From an uncultured Gammaproteobacteria bacterium (lineage in GTDB: Bacteria; Patescibacteriota; Patescibacteriia; Magasanikbacterales; UBA922): 64,000 bases of DNA. Under the pieces are notes generated by a model that ran no database searches, had not been told where the DNA came from, and saw only the letters and a program-made list of their open reading frames with translations. Shown in pieces: positions 20,184 to 29,328 of this stretch. Numbering within the stretch: position 1 is the stretch's first letter; each line of letters starts with the position of its first letter. A program made the translations under genes and the position numbers. The stretch covers positions 3,050-67,049 of the forward strand of contig CAZTEU010000003.1 in assembly GCA_964612105.1 (NCBI GenBank). Direction: 5' to 3'.

Positions 20184-21185
20184 TTATCTGTTATACCAAT
20201 TGTTATAGTAATTCTTGTATTCTCCACTTTTGCAATTTTCCACCCACTTTTTATTCTCCTTATACCACTCTATAGTTTTTGCTATTCCATCATTCAACGA
20301 AATAAGTGGAGCCCACCCTAGCTCATTTTGTGCCTTTGTATAGTCTATAGCATATCTTCTATCATGACCAGGTCGGTCTTTTACAAATTCTATATACGAC
20401 TCATCTAGTCCAAGTATTTCTATAATCTTCTTTGTGAGCTCTAAATTGGTTGGCTGGTTTCCTCCACCCAAACAGTAGGTCTCTCCAATTCTACCTTTCT
20501 GCAAAATCATATCAACTCCCCTGTTATGATCGTCAACAAAAATCCAATCACGAATCTGCCCACCATCTCCGTATACCGGAACTTTTTTTCCTTCCAAGAG
20601 ATTGGATATAAAAAGAGGAATCAACTTTTCTGGAAATTGATACGGTCCATAATTATTTGAACAATTAGATATTGTTACTTCTAGTCCGTATGTGCTGTAA
20701 TACGCTCTCACCAAATGATCTGACGCTGCTTTTGAAGCAGAGTAAGGGCTACGAGGATCATACGGAGTGTTTTCATTAAAGGCTGGATCATCTTTGCCAA
20801 GCTCTCCATATACCTCATCAGTAGAAACATGATGAAAGCGTTTTTTGTATTCTTTTGATGCATCAAGTAAAACCTGCGTTCCCAAAACATTCGTCTGCAC
20901 AAAGGCTCCAGGGTCTAGAATAGATCTATCAACATGAGATTCAGCTGCAAAGTGAACAACTGTATCCACATCTTTTACTAAATCAAATATTGTGTCACGA
21001 TCACATATATCAGCTTTTACAAAAGAGTATCTTGGATTGTCCTTTACGCTTTCTAAGTTCTCTAAATTTCCTGCATAGGTTAATTTGTCTACATTCAAAA
21101 TAGAATCATCTTTGTGATTAGTTAAATAGTAGCGAATAAAATTAGCACCGATAAAACCGGCGCCACCAGTTACGAGAATTTTCAT
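20184..21185 (-). CDS. rfbB: dTDP-glucose 4,6-dehydratase
   Basis: TGGAGFIGANF, HFAAESHVDRS, YSASKAASDHL (YxxxK) and VSTDEVYG, all diagnostic of RmlB. Confidence 0.92.
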   Translation of the reverse strand: MKILVTGGAGFIGANFIRYYLTNHKDDSILNVDKLTYAGNLENLESVKDNPRYSFVKADICDRDTIFDLVKDVDTVVHFAAESHVDRSILDPGAFVQTNVLGTQVLLDASKEYKKRFHHVSTDEVYGELGKDDPAFNENTPYDPRSPYSASKAASDHLVRAYYSTYGLEVTISNCSNNYGPYQFPEKLIPLFISNLLEGKKVPVYGDGGQIRDWIFVDDHNRGVDMILQKGRIGETYCLGGGNQPTNLELTKKIIEILGLDESYIEFVKDRPGHDRRYAIDYTKAQNELGWAPLISLNDGIAKTIEWYKENKKWVENCKSGEYKNYYNNWYNR

Positions 21186-21582
21186 ATATTTTCTTTGTAC
21201 AGCACAAAAGTTTCGCTATCACTTTCTCTCATTGAGTGGTCAGAGAAAATAACAATTGTAGACGGGATAGCTGCGGTGTTTGCGAAAGCAAATGCGACTT
21301 GTGCCGGGATATGTATTATTCCATCTCCAGGCGCGAGTATCATTTCCATTTGTTCATTTGTATTTATCTGAAAGAAGCGTGTTCGCAAACGTCCGGCCTC
21401 AACGAATAGTATTAGACTTGTGTCATGGTAGTACATGTTCCCCACGACGGCATATGGTTCAATTTCTGCTCTTGAGATATGTACACCTCCTACTTTTGAC
21501 GTCTCCAGTGCACGCCCATGTCTGTTTGTATCTCGTCTGAAATTATACCTTGTTACGAATTGTGTCTGCTCTCTTACCCCAT
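21182..21582 (-). pseudogene. FdtA/WxcM/RmlC-like cupin sugar ketoisomerase/epimerase, reading frame disrupted right after the start codon
   Basis: A GGAGAG RBS (21594-21599) precedes ATG (21582..21580), which is followed by GGG then TAA. The -1 frame continues open for ~133 codons through the 87-aa ORF-track ORF. The conceptual product aligns with the FdtA C-terminus (PAQVAFAFANTAAIPSTIVIFSDHSMRESD vs the FdtA LVLASDYYDESD region). The segment has mildly elevated GC. Confidence 0.5.
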
Positions 21583-21601
21583 ATATATTTTTACTCTCCT
21601 T

Positions 21602-22201
21602 TTACTCTTCACCCAAGAAATAATCAAATAATACTTTTAATCCATTAGAAGTCTCACTAGAACCACTTGCTACAAAATAGTTTTGTGCTAAAGCCCATGA
21701 TGCAAGTGTTTGTCCGCACCAAATGTCTCCTCTCTGAATCATATCCATAATCTCATCTGGCCTCCTATATATTACTTCTATGTCTTCTGTACCTTCTAAC
21801 TGTTGTTCATATTGTTCTGTAACATGAGTTACATACACATGAGCCATTTCTTTTGCAAGCCCGTTTGCTGTACCAAACGACCCAATTTTTGTCATCTCCT
21901 CACTTACCCATCCTGTTTCTTCTAAAAGCTCTTCCCGCGCTGCGTCTATAGGATCCATACCTTTCTTTACTCCTCCTCCTGGAAATTCTATGCTTTGTTT
22001 TTCTTCTAAGTAGCGATGTTGCAATACTAACACAATCCTACCATCTTCTCGCACTGGAATTACCATTGCCATCCCGTTTGTCTCTAGATAGTAATAATCA
22101 TGCTCTTTATCATCTGCCTGCCTGTACTTATCATGTTTGTAAGTAAACCAAGGATTTTCATGGATTATTTCTTCCGAAATTTTCTTCAAATGTTCTGGCA
22201 T
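21602..22201 (-). CDS. NUDIX hydrolase
   Basis: Nudix box GGGVKKGMDPIDAAREELLEETG (Gx5Ex7REUxEExGU). Confidence 0.85.
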   Translation of the reverse strand: MPEHLKKISEEIIHENPWFTYKHDKYRQADDKEHDYYYLETNGMAMVIPVREDGRIVLVLQHRYLEEKQSIEFPGGGVKKGMDPIDAAREELLEETGWVSEEMTKIGSFGTANGLAKEMAHVYVTHVTEQYEQQLEGTEDIEVIYRRPDEIMDMIQRGDIWCGQTLASWALAQNYFVASGSSETSNGLKVLFDYFLGEE

Positions 22202-22203
22202 AT

Positions 22204-22608
22204 TTATGAAAAGAGCTTTGCTACTTCTTCGACACTTGTATCACCTGGATTATTTACTACTGAGTGCTGATTTCCACCCCCGTCTCCATTCCATCGTGGC
22301 ATTATGTGTACATGAAAGTGAGGAACAACTTGTCCGCCTGATTCACCGTGATTCCAACCAATATTATACCCATCTGGATGCAAAACACCATCTATCTTTT
22401 CCATAACTTTTTTTATAAACGGAGCTAGGTCTTTTGATAGCTCATTATCGAAGTCGAAAAGTGTCTCAGCATGTACTTTTGGAATTACAACAGTATGCCC
22501 TTTTGCATGGGGATTTATATCTAGAAAGGCTAGATTTTTATTGTCTTCCAACACAGTATGATTTGGAATTTCCCCCTTAGAAATCTTACAGAAAATACAG
22601 TCTTGCAT
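22204..22608 (-). CDS. HIT (histidine triad) family nucleotide hydrolase/transferase
   Basis: HFHVHIMPR histidine-triad motif; 134 aa. Confidence 0.88.
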   Translation of the reverse strand: MQDCIFCKISKGEIPNHTVLEDNKNLAFLDINPHAKGHTVVIPKVHAETLFDFDNELSKDLAPFIKKVMEKIDGVLHPDGYNIGWNHGESGGQVVPHFHVHIMPRWNGDGGGNQHSVVNNPGDTSVEEVAKLFS

Positions 22609-22644
22609 ATTATTAATAATATATCTTTATGACTGTATCCTAGC

Positions 22645-24975
22645 TTATTTATCTTCTTTTTTCAAGTCTACTATCCAGATAGTCAGATTATCTAATTTCG
22701 TGACTGAATCACCAATTTTTTCCTTTATTTCGTTATACTGCACATCTTCCAAACCTTCTTGCACTACCCAACACCTAGTTGATTTTGTTATTTCTCCGGC
22801 TTCCACCAAAACTTCTTCCGGAAATGATGTAAATGATGAGTAGAGCCTTACTCTGTCGGGTTGACCAAACTGGTAGTCAATAGGAAAACCTCCACCCACA
22901 ATATTACCTGCAGATACCCCTTCTAGTGCTAATAACAACCACGTGTCTGCTATTACACAGTTGTGCAACTGATTCCTGTTCTCCTGCTCCCATATTATTT
23001 TTGCAACATCTAATTCACTCTGAGATATAACACGTAAATCTGGACCAGATGCATATACTGTTGTACCAAACCAACTCAGCAAAATAATTAATATAAGAGC
23101 TGTACCTGGTAGTACATAACTTTTCCAGTATGGTTTTAGTTTTTGCGCCCCATACACTATTAGAATAATTGTAAGGAATACTATCATCCCATCCAAGCGT
23201 CTAATAAACAATCTGTCTCCCTGTAGTACTGTCCATCCAAATATATATCCACCAATTGTAACTGAAGTTAACATTGAGATTAGGTTCCAGCTTGTTCTTT
23301 TTGTCTGAGCTAGTGCAATGTACCAACCTATAATCGCAATAATCCAAAATATTAATGTAATTACTAGAATATTCCATCGGAAATTCGTAAATACACTCTC
23401 CACAAAACTATTTTCTGGCGTGTGATTAAAAAATATATTTCCACTTACGATGTCATGAGAGCGAATTGATTTAGCATAAAACCAACCAGACAGCTGCCCT
23501 GCTATTTGCTTTATATTATTAACAATGTTTGTAGAAATAGTTGTATTAGCTATACCAAATAATTCAAAGAGTGGAAGGGTAATTGTAAGTGAGAGTGCCA
23601 AAACACCTCTTATAACATTTTGCCATGATACACGATGTCTGGAGAAGTATGAAGATAAGCCTCTCTTTTCCAACACTAGAAGCAATAATGTTAGGATAAG
23701 TGTTCCAACAATAAACAAAAAGTGTAGAGTGTAACTAAACAACATTAAAAGAGAAAGTAGTAGAATAACAAACATCTGCGCGCGACCTCTTTGTTCAATA
23801 TATTGCAACAATAAGCTCAGCACAAAAAAGAATGTGAGGTATCCTAGACTTACAGGTAAAGTAATACTTCCAAGAACCTGGAATGCAAATACGTTAAAAC
23901 CAAGCCAAACGAGGAACAACCCGGAGCGCCTTGAACGAAAAAGAGTTAATCCAATCCTAAACAATATAATTGGCATCATAATCCCCCACAGGACAGGTAT
24001 AAGCCATTTGTTCAATGTAATTAAATCCACACTCAAAGTCTTACTAAGAAGTACTGTACTTCCCCACAAATGCCCATACGCATACTTGTTTGGAATTATT
24101 AGTGCCTCTGGGACATTTATTCCAAATATTTCTCTTGTCTTTTTTTCTGGACCCGCTATTACAGGAAGAATAGAGTCTCCATTATCTAGTTGCTCCTCCA
24201 CACCTATAATTCTCCATACATCTCCACCAAAAGGAAGATTGTGAGATGTAGCTATGTATGTGTGAGTTAGCAGGCTTTGTAAAACAAAAACAAACAACAC
24301 AACATATGTCTTGTGTTTGGAAAAGACCAACAAACCACATATAACAAGAAGAATAAAGCTGAGAGGTAAAAACCATGTACTTATCCCCTGCCAAGGACTA
24401 AAAATAACCTGTTCAGCTGATGCACCTAACAACAACTTAATAGCCAATGCCCAAAATATTGCATATGCAATTAAGTACAATACACTTTTAGAAAATAATG
24501 GCCTGTACGTTGATTTTACTTTAATGCTTTTTGTCCTTACTTTTTTTGTAAAATATAGGATACCGTATGTTACTACCGCAGTCGCAAAATAATTCCACCA
24601 AATAATTTCTGGAGTTACGCGATACAAAACCACCCAAACAGAATTAATAAGTCCAAGTAACAAAAAAGTAATGAAATAGCTATACAAATGAGTAGTCCAA
24701 TGGTTGGGATCAAAAGAAAACACATTTGATAAGATTATTTTCCACCAATACCCAACTGTTAATAAGTATAGAAAGAAAATAAGCCATCCAACCCACTGAG
24801 ATACACCAGAAAAAAATACAAAATAAAAAGATGCTGTGACAAGTGTTGCAACAGAAATACTAAGTGGATTTTTATAACTCTTCATCCATTTCATTGATGA
24901 CATTATAGTTTGTCTTGACCAAATGAGCAAATATGTGTTTAATACTGTCGTTCGGAAGCAGAGGAGGTCTATCAT
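22645..24975 (-). CDS. large polytopic membrane protein (>=14 predicted TM helices) with C-terminal soluble domain; putative GT-C-type glycosyltransferase/polymerase (paralog of 25950..28025)
   Basis: Hydrophobicity pattern, and its C-terminal ~150 aa align with the C-terminus of the 25950..28025 protein. The N-terminal ~25 codons of the ORF-track model run into the GC-rich island, so the real start is probably an internal Met near 24903. Confidence 0.5.
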   Translation of the reverse strand: MIDLLCFRTTVLNTYLLIWSRQTIMSSMKWMKSYKNPLSISVATLVTASFYFVFFSGVSQWVGWLIFFLYLLTVGYWWKIILSNVFSFDPNHWTTHLYSYFITFLLLGLINSVWVVLYRVTPEIIWWNYFATAVVTYGILYFTKKVRTKSIKVKSTYRPLFSKSVLYLIAYAIFWALAIKLLLGASAEQVIFSPWQGISTWFLPLSFILLVICGLLVFSKHKTYVVLFVFVLQSLLTHTYIATSHNLPFGGDVWRIIGVEEQLDNGDSILPVIAGPEKKTREIFGINVPEALIIPNKYAYGHLWGSTVLLSKTLSVDLITLNKWLIPVLWGIMMPIILFRIGLTLFRSRRSGLFLVWLGFNVFAFQVLGSITLPVSLGYLTFFFVLSLLLQYIEQRGRAQMFVILLLSLLMLFSYTLHFLFIVGTLILTLLLLVLEKRGLSSYFSRHRVSWQNVIRGVLALSLTITLPLFELFGIANTTISTNIVNNIKQIAGQLSGWFYAKSIRSHDIVSGNIFFNHTPENSFVESVFTNFRWNILVITLIFWIIAIIGWYIALAQTKRTSWNLISMLTSVTIGGYIFGWTVLQGDRLFIRRLDGMIVFLTIILIVYGAQKLKPYWKSYVLPGTALILIILLSWFGTTVYASGPDLRVISQSELDVAKIIWEQENRNQLHNCVIADTWLLLALEGVSAGNIVGGGFPIDYQFGQPDRVRLYSSFTSFPEEVLVEAGEITKSTRCWVVQEGLEDVQYNEIKEKIGDSVTKLDNLTIWIVDLKKEDK

Positions 24976-25858
24976 GCGCGAACAAGAAGAAGACGTAGCT
25001 GATCAGACCCTCACTCGGGTAGGACGGCTCAAGAAACTTGCGATGTTCAAGTACATCGTCGCTGGGTTCAGAGGACTGAGGAAAGCTGTTGGGAAAGCTC
25101 TCGGATCCAGCGCACTGTGGTTGGTCAAGAACACGCCAATCCAAGCAAACCACGTTACGTACTCCAGGATCCCACTTACGCTTACGGCGTGCGGAATCCT
25201 GCTGTTCTGGGGTCACCCACAGGCGAAACTTCTCGCCTTTTGGATCTTCGTCGCCAGTGCAGTGACAGACATACTGGATGGTACGTTCGCAAGAGCAATG
25301 GATAATCCAAGGTCTGGAATACTGCGTACTGCGCAGGAAAAGGACTTTGGGAAGCATCTGGACGCTCAGGTCGACAAGATTTGCCTCGCAATCCAGATGT
25401 ACGTGATTTGTGCACTGCTCCTTACCCTGGACTACTTCGGCGCTGTACTCGTCTCAGTGGTTTGGTGTTTCACATGCGCGATAGAAATCTGGCTCTTTGT
25501 AGACAGGCAACGTGACTACACCAAAAACAAGCGGTTGCGTATGTCCGGGCAAGAGCCCATAGAACTCAAAGCCTCTGACTGGGGAAAGATCAAAAGCACC
25601 CTGCAAATGATCTATGCCTGCGGATTTGTACTAGCACTCCACTACGATTCTCTCTTCTTGTGGTGGGGATCATGGATTGTATGGCTCAGTTTCTTTGTAG
25701 CCCCTTTGTTTGGGCTCCTGAGCCTGCACGGAAAACGAAAAGCCAGACGAGTCACCAAGAGACGAAATGGCAAACGAAAAAGCAATCTACCTCGTGCAAA
25801 CCTGAGAAAGAGGGGAAAATACATGCGTGTAACGCGTGCAGACATTGCCGATCGATGA
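24974..25858 (+). CDS. CDP-alcohol phosphatidyltransferase family membrane protein with polybasic C-terminal tail (GC-rich, likely horizontally acquired)
   Basis: DILDGTFAR...G-KHL-D-AQV-D resembles the CDP-OH_P_transf signature DG(x2)AR...G(x3)D(x3)D. Strong RBS GGAGG 8 nt before the ATG at 24974. ~52% GC vs ~33% flanks. The tail is KRKARRVTKRRNGKRKSNLPRANLRKRGK. Confidence 0.5.
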   Translation: MREQEEDVADQTLTRVGRLKKLAMFKYIVAGFRGLRKAVGKALGSSALWLVKNTPIQANHVTYSRIPLTLTACGILLFWGHPQAKLLAFWIFVASAVTDILDGTFARAMDNPRSGILRTAQEKDFGKHLDAQVDKICLAIQMYVICALLLTLDYFGAVLVSVVWCFTCAIEIWLFVDRQRDYTKNKRLRMSGQEPIELKASDWGKIKSTLQMIYACGFVLALHYDSLFLWWGSWIVWLSFFVAPLFGLLSLHGKRKARRVTKRRNGKRKSNLPRANLRKRGKYMRVTRADIADR

Positions 25859-25869
25859 AGGAGACGAAC

Positions 25870-25909
25870 AACGACCCTGCTCTACGGAGTATGGGTCGTT
25901 ATCATTTTT
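25870..25909 (+). terminator. putative terminator closing the GC-rich island (8-bp stem AACGACCC/GGGTCGTT, T-run after a 4-nt spacer)
   Basis: Inverted repeat seen directly. The T-run is not immediately adjacent to the stem. Confidence 0.35.
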
Positions 25910-25949
25910 ATTGATAATTGTGATTATTCTGCTACAATAAGTCTATTAT

Positions 25950-28025
25950 ATGTACACTCTTCACCTACAAAGAATATCCATAGCTGTCCTCGGAACAATA
26001 ATGCTTGCAATAAATTTATTATTGGTGAATGAAACACTTTTAGGTGTGACAGGTCTAATAATTTACTTGTTTGGAATGGTAACTGTTGTTTCTCCGCTAT
26101 TGCAAGAAAAGGTAATAAAAAAGAAACACATACCAGGCTGGTCACTCCTACTAATGCTGTGCTGGTTAATTTCCGCAAATGCAATAGTGTATTACATTGC
26201 TGGACTTACTAACATAACACTTTTAGTTGTATTATTAATTCCCCTATTGCTTGGTTATAAGAACACTGGTGACTATACTTTTCCTTTGTTAAAAAAGAAG
26301 CAATTAAATCAAAAAAGTGTTTTTTTTCTAACTTTTTTTCTTTTTGGAGAGTTGGGATTAATCGCATCAATGATAGATGGTAGAACAACAGACCTTCTTC
26401 GTTCTCCTTGGCACGCTGTATCTCCTGAATTTTTCCTGTTATATGCCGGTGCTACTGCATTTCTATTTGCATTAATATACACAACAAAAAATTCATTAGT
26501 AAGATACTTCTGTACATCGCTTCATTTGTTTGTAACTTACAATGTAGCAACTATTGTTTATGCTCTTGGGTTTGGTTTTGATGCTTTTATTCACAGAGCA
26601 ACAGAAGATTGGATTACAACACATGGCTTTATCCTTCCAAAAACCCCTTATTACATTGGTCAGTACGGATTTGTTGTGTGGCTAAGGAGATTCACTCAGA
26701 TTCCATTGTCCTATATTGACGTGTACTTAGTACCAGTCTTGGCTTCATTAACATTACCTGCTGTAATAGTTTCTACATTCAAAGACAAGACTAATGTGTA
26801 TCTTGCATTGTGGTTGTTACCTTTTTTACCGTTCCTATCATTCTTACTAACCACACCGTACAATCTGGCACTTTTACTAACAGTAGTAACGATATTTTTA
26901 AGCTTGAGTTTTCTTAAACAAAATATCCCATGGTTCCTCCCTGCAGGAACCACACTAGCAACACTCTTTGTTCATCCGCTGTTAGGAGTGCCTGTTGCAT
27001 TATTCTTCTTTTATGCGCTTTTACACAAGAAATATTCAAATTCTGGTGAGAAAGTATCTGCACTAACCTTTTCTCTGATATTTGATATGGCACTTGTCTT
27101 GCCAGCAATGTTTGTAATACAACAAATGATTGCGGGTCACAGTTTTCCAAAACTAACCAATCCATTCTCAAAAATATCTGACTTTATCTCTCTTTTCTCA
27201 CAGCCATATTGGTATGCTGATAGTTCACTTGTACGATTTGAGATATTATATACATGGCAAACACTTATTCCTGTTGTGTATATTTGTTTAGCTATATTTG
27301 GTGCATATATATACAAAAACAGACAAACAATGTGGTTGCTTGTGTCTACAACAATCGGCTTAATAATTGGTGCCTGGCTTTTGAGAAGTTGGATTGTTTT
27401 CCCAGACGTAGCTGTATATGAGCAAGGAGATTATCCATTAAGAATAGTAAAAGCTTCCATGCTGTTCTTATTGCCCTTATCTATTGTTGGGGTAACAAAC
27501 ATAATTGAAAAAGTTTCACAAAAAAATCATCTCAAAATAGCATTTGCAATTGCAGCTGGTGGAATAATGATGATTTCCTTTTACTTAAGCTATCCACAGC
27601 ACAATCATAAGGTTCGTTTTCCTGGTCTTAATGTAACTGCCTCTGATTACACTGCAACAAATTTTATTGCGGATAAACATAGCAGTTATGATTATATAGT
27701 TCTTGCAAACCAATTAGTTTCTGCATCTGCGTTGGATAGTTTTAGTTTTGCAAAATATTTTGATACAGAACAAGGTGAGATATTTTATTACTCAATTCCA
27801 ACAGGCGGTATATTATATAATTATTATGGAGAGATGCTATACGAAGGACAAAAAAGAGAAAGTATGGTTACAGCAATGGATATTGTAGGTGTAAACACTT
27901 CGTATTTTGTTGTTAACAGCTACTGGGCAGATAGTGAGAAAATTATTGAGGGAGCAAAAAAAACCGCCGACAGTTGGCATATTGTCGACGATGGAAAAGT
28001 GTGGATTTTTGAATACAATCGTTAA
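25950..28025 (+). CDS. large polytopic membrane protein with C-terminal soluble domain; putative GT-C-type glycosyltransferase/polymerase (paralog of 22645..24975)
   Basis: >=14 hydrophobic segments. The C-terminal domain is similar to the 22645..24975 protein (e.g. YIVLANQLVSASALD vs CVIADTWLLLALEGV; SYFVVNSYWAD vs STRCWVVQEG). Confidence 0.5.
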   Translation: MYTLHLQRISIAVLGTIMLAINLLLVNETLLGVTGLIIYLFGMVTVVSPLLQEKVIKKKHIPGWSLLLMLCWLISANAIVYYIAGLTNITLLVVLLIPLLLGYKNTGDYTFPLLKKKQLNQKSVFFLTFFLFGELGLIASMIDGRTTDLLRSPWHAVSPEFFLLYAGATAFLFALIYTTKNSLVRYFCTSLHLFVTYNVATIVYALGFGFDAFIHRATEDWITTHGFILPKTPYYIGQYGFVVWLRRFTQIPLSYIDVYLVPVLASLTLPAVIVSTFKDKTNVYLALWLLPFLPFLSFLLTTPYNLALLLTVVTIFLSLSFLKQNIPWFLPAGTTLATLFVHPLLGVPVALFFFYALLHKKYSNSGEKVSALTFSLIFDMALVLPAMFVIQQMIAGHSFPKLTNPFSKISDFISLFSQPYWYADSSLVRFEILYTWQTLIPVVYICLAIFGAYIYKNRQTMWLLVSTTIGLIIGAWLLRSWIVFPDVAVYEQGDYPLRIVKASMLFLLPLSIVGVTNIIEKVSQKNHLKIAFAIAAGGIMMISFYLSYPQHNHKVRFPGLNVTASDYTATNFIADKHSSYDYIVLANQLVSASALDSFSFAKYFDTEQGEIFYYSIPTGGILYNYYGEMLYEGQKRESMVTAMDIVGVNTSYFVVNSYWADSEKIIEGAKKTADSWHIVDDGKVWIFEYNR

Positions 28026-29239
28026 TTTTTGTACAACTGCAAAAGTTTAGAAATATAATTCCCTTCTGTAAGCCCATCTAGTGATAGGGCTGTTTTTTTA
28101 CTCATTTGTTCAATAAGATTCTCATTTTTAGAACACCAAATTATTTTTTCTTTTAGAGAATCGGAATCATCTGCCACAAAAGTTAATCCATTATCCCCTT
28201 CTTTTATTAGCTCTGCTATACCCTCAATATTGCTTGCAAGTACAGGCACCCCAAAATAGAAGCTCTCAAAAATTACAGTTGGTGAGTTTTCATAACAGCG
28301 AGATGGAACTATTGTCATATGAGATTTTAGGAAAAGGTTTTTTACCTCTTCCCTAGTTAACCTTCCATGAATATGCACCTTTTTATTATCTTTTGATATC
28401 TGCCTAACAATATCCAGGTCTGAGCCACTTCCTACTATATGCAATTGTGCATCTATATTTATCTCATTGAAAGCTTTTGTAAGAAAAATCACACCCTTAT
28501 GATCTTCTACTTGTCCAATATACAGGAAAGTTAATTCTTTCGGTTTCTCTATGTTATCTGTATTGATGTTAAGATCAAAAGGAACAGGATTACGAACAAC
28601 AACAAACTTTGATTTGTTAAAGAAATCTCTGGATGAGTAGAACTTATACAAAAACTTAGACGGAGAAATTACAACATCCGGAGATCCAAATAGTTTTTTT
28701 GTAATAAAACTGTATATTTGTGTTGGCAAACCATTATATCTCAAACTATTTTCTTTTGATTTTAATATTACACCACTTGGTTCTACAAGTTGCACATCAT
28801 GAACAGTATGCACATGATGTATGCCAAGTGCATTAATTACTCTGGGAATAAGAAAACTGAGCCCCATTAGATTATGTGTATGAACAACATCTGGTTTTTC
28901 TGTTTCCAATATTTCTTTCACTCGTCTTTCTGCCCCAAAATGGAACATATTTATAATATGCCAAAAAAACCTAACCACACCGTGAAAATTATAAGCATCC
29001 GTATAATAGTACAGATTTTTTGGACAAAACCTGTACACCTTAACACCATCTTCTCTTTCTACCCAATCTCCTTTCTGTGTTGTTGTAATTACAACAACAT
29101 CATGTCCTTGTTTTGTAAGTCCATCCACAGTCTTGCTAACCACCTGCTCAGCACCTCCTCTAGCATTTGGTGGGTATAAGTTGCTTATTATGCATATCTT
29201 CATATAGCAGAGTATATGTGTATAGCTGGTTTTTTTCAA
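28022..29239 (-). CDS. family 4 glycosyltransferase (GT-B, group 1)
   Basis: MKICIISNLYPPNARGGAEQVV N-terminus and a C-terminal E-x7-E-like region (VPSRCYENSPTVIFESFYFGVPVLAS). Likely start is the Met at 29203. Confidence 0.82.
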   Translation of the reverse strand: MKKTSYTHILCYMKICIISNLYPPNARGGAEQVVSKTVDGLTKQGHDVVVITTTQKGDWVEREDGVKVYRFCPKNLYYYTDAYNFHGVVRFFWHIINMFHFGAERRVKEILETEKPDVVHTHNLMGLSFLIPRVINALGIHHVHTVHDVQLVEPSGVILKSKENSLRYNGLPTQIYSFITKKLFGSPDVVISPSKFLYKFYSSRDFFNKSKFVVVRNPVPFDLNINTDNIEKPKELTFLYIGQVEDHKGVIFLTKAFNEINIDAQLHIVGSGSDLDIVRQISKDNKKVHIHGRLTREEVKNLFLKSHMTIVPSRCYENSPTVIFESFYFGVPVLASNIEGIAELIKEGDNGLTFVADDSDSLKEKIIWCSKNENLIEQMSKKTALSLDGLTEGNYISKLLQLYKN

Positions 29240-29328
29240 CAGCTGTAATTACTATCAACATTTTGCCCACAAAATATCACCCTCAGCCCTTTTACATGCT
29301 GGTCATATAAGATAATATACAAAGTAAT

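Noticed and set aside
21580-21582. Interpreting ATG-GGG-TAA followed by the -1 frame as proven programmed ribosomal frameshifting
   Set aside because: A slip site two codons after initiation with no obvious downstream stimulatory structure is atypical. A homopolymer length error or a recent pseudogenisation is at least as likely, so it is reported only as a candidate.
29240-29328. DnaA-box cluster / origin-like region upstream of dnaB
   Set aside because: Only one weak TTATCCACA-like match (TTGCCCACA) and no AT-rich DUE repeat array. It is insufficient for an oriC call, and dnaB is not normally origin-proximal.
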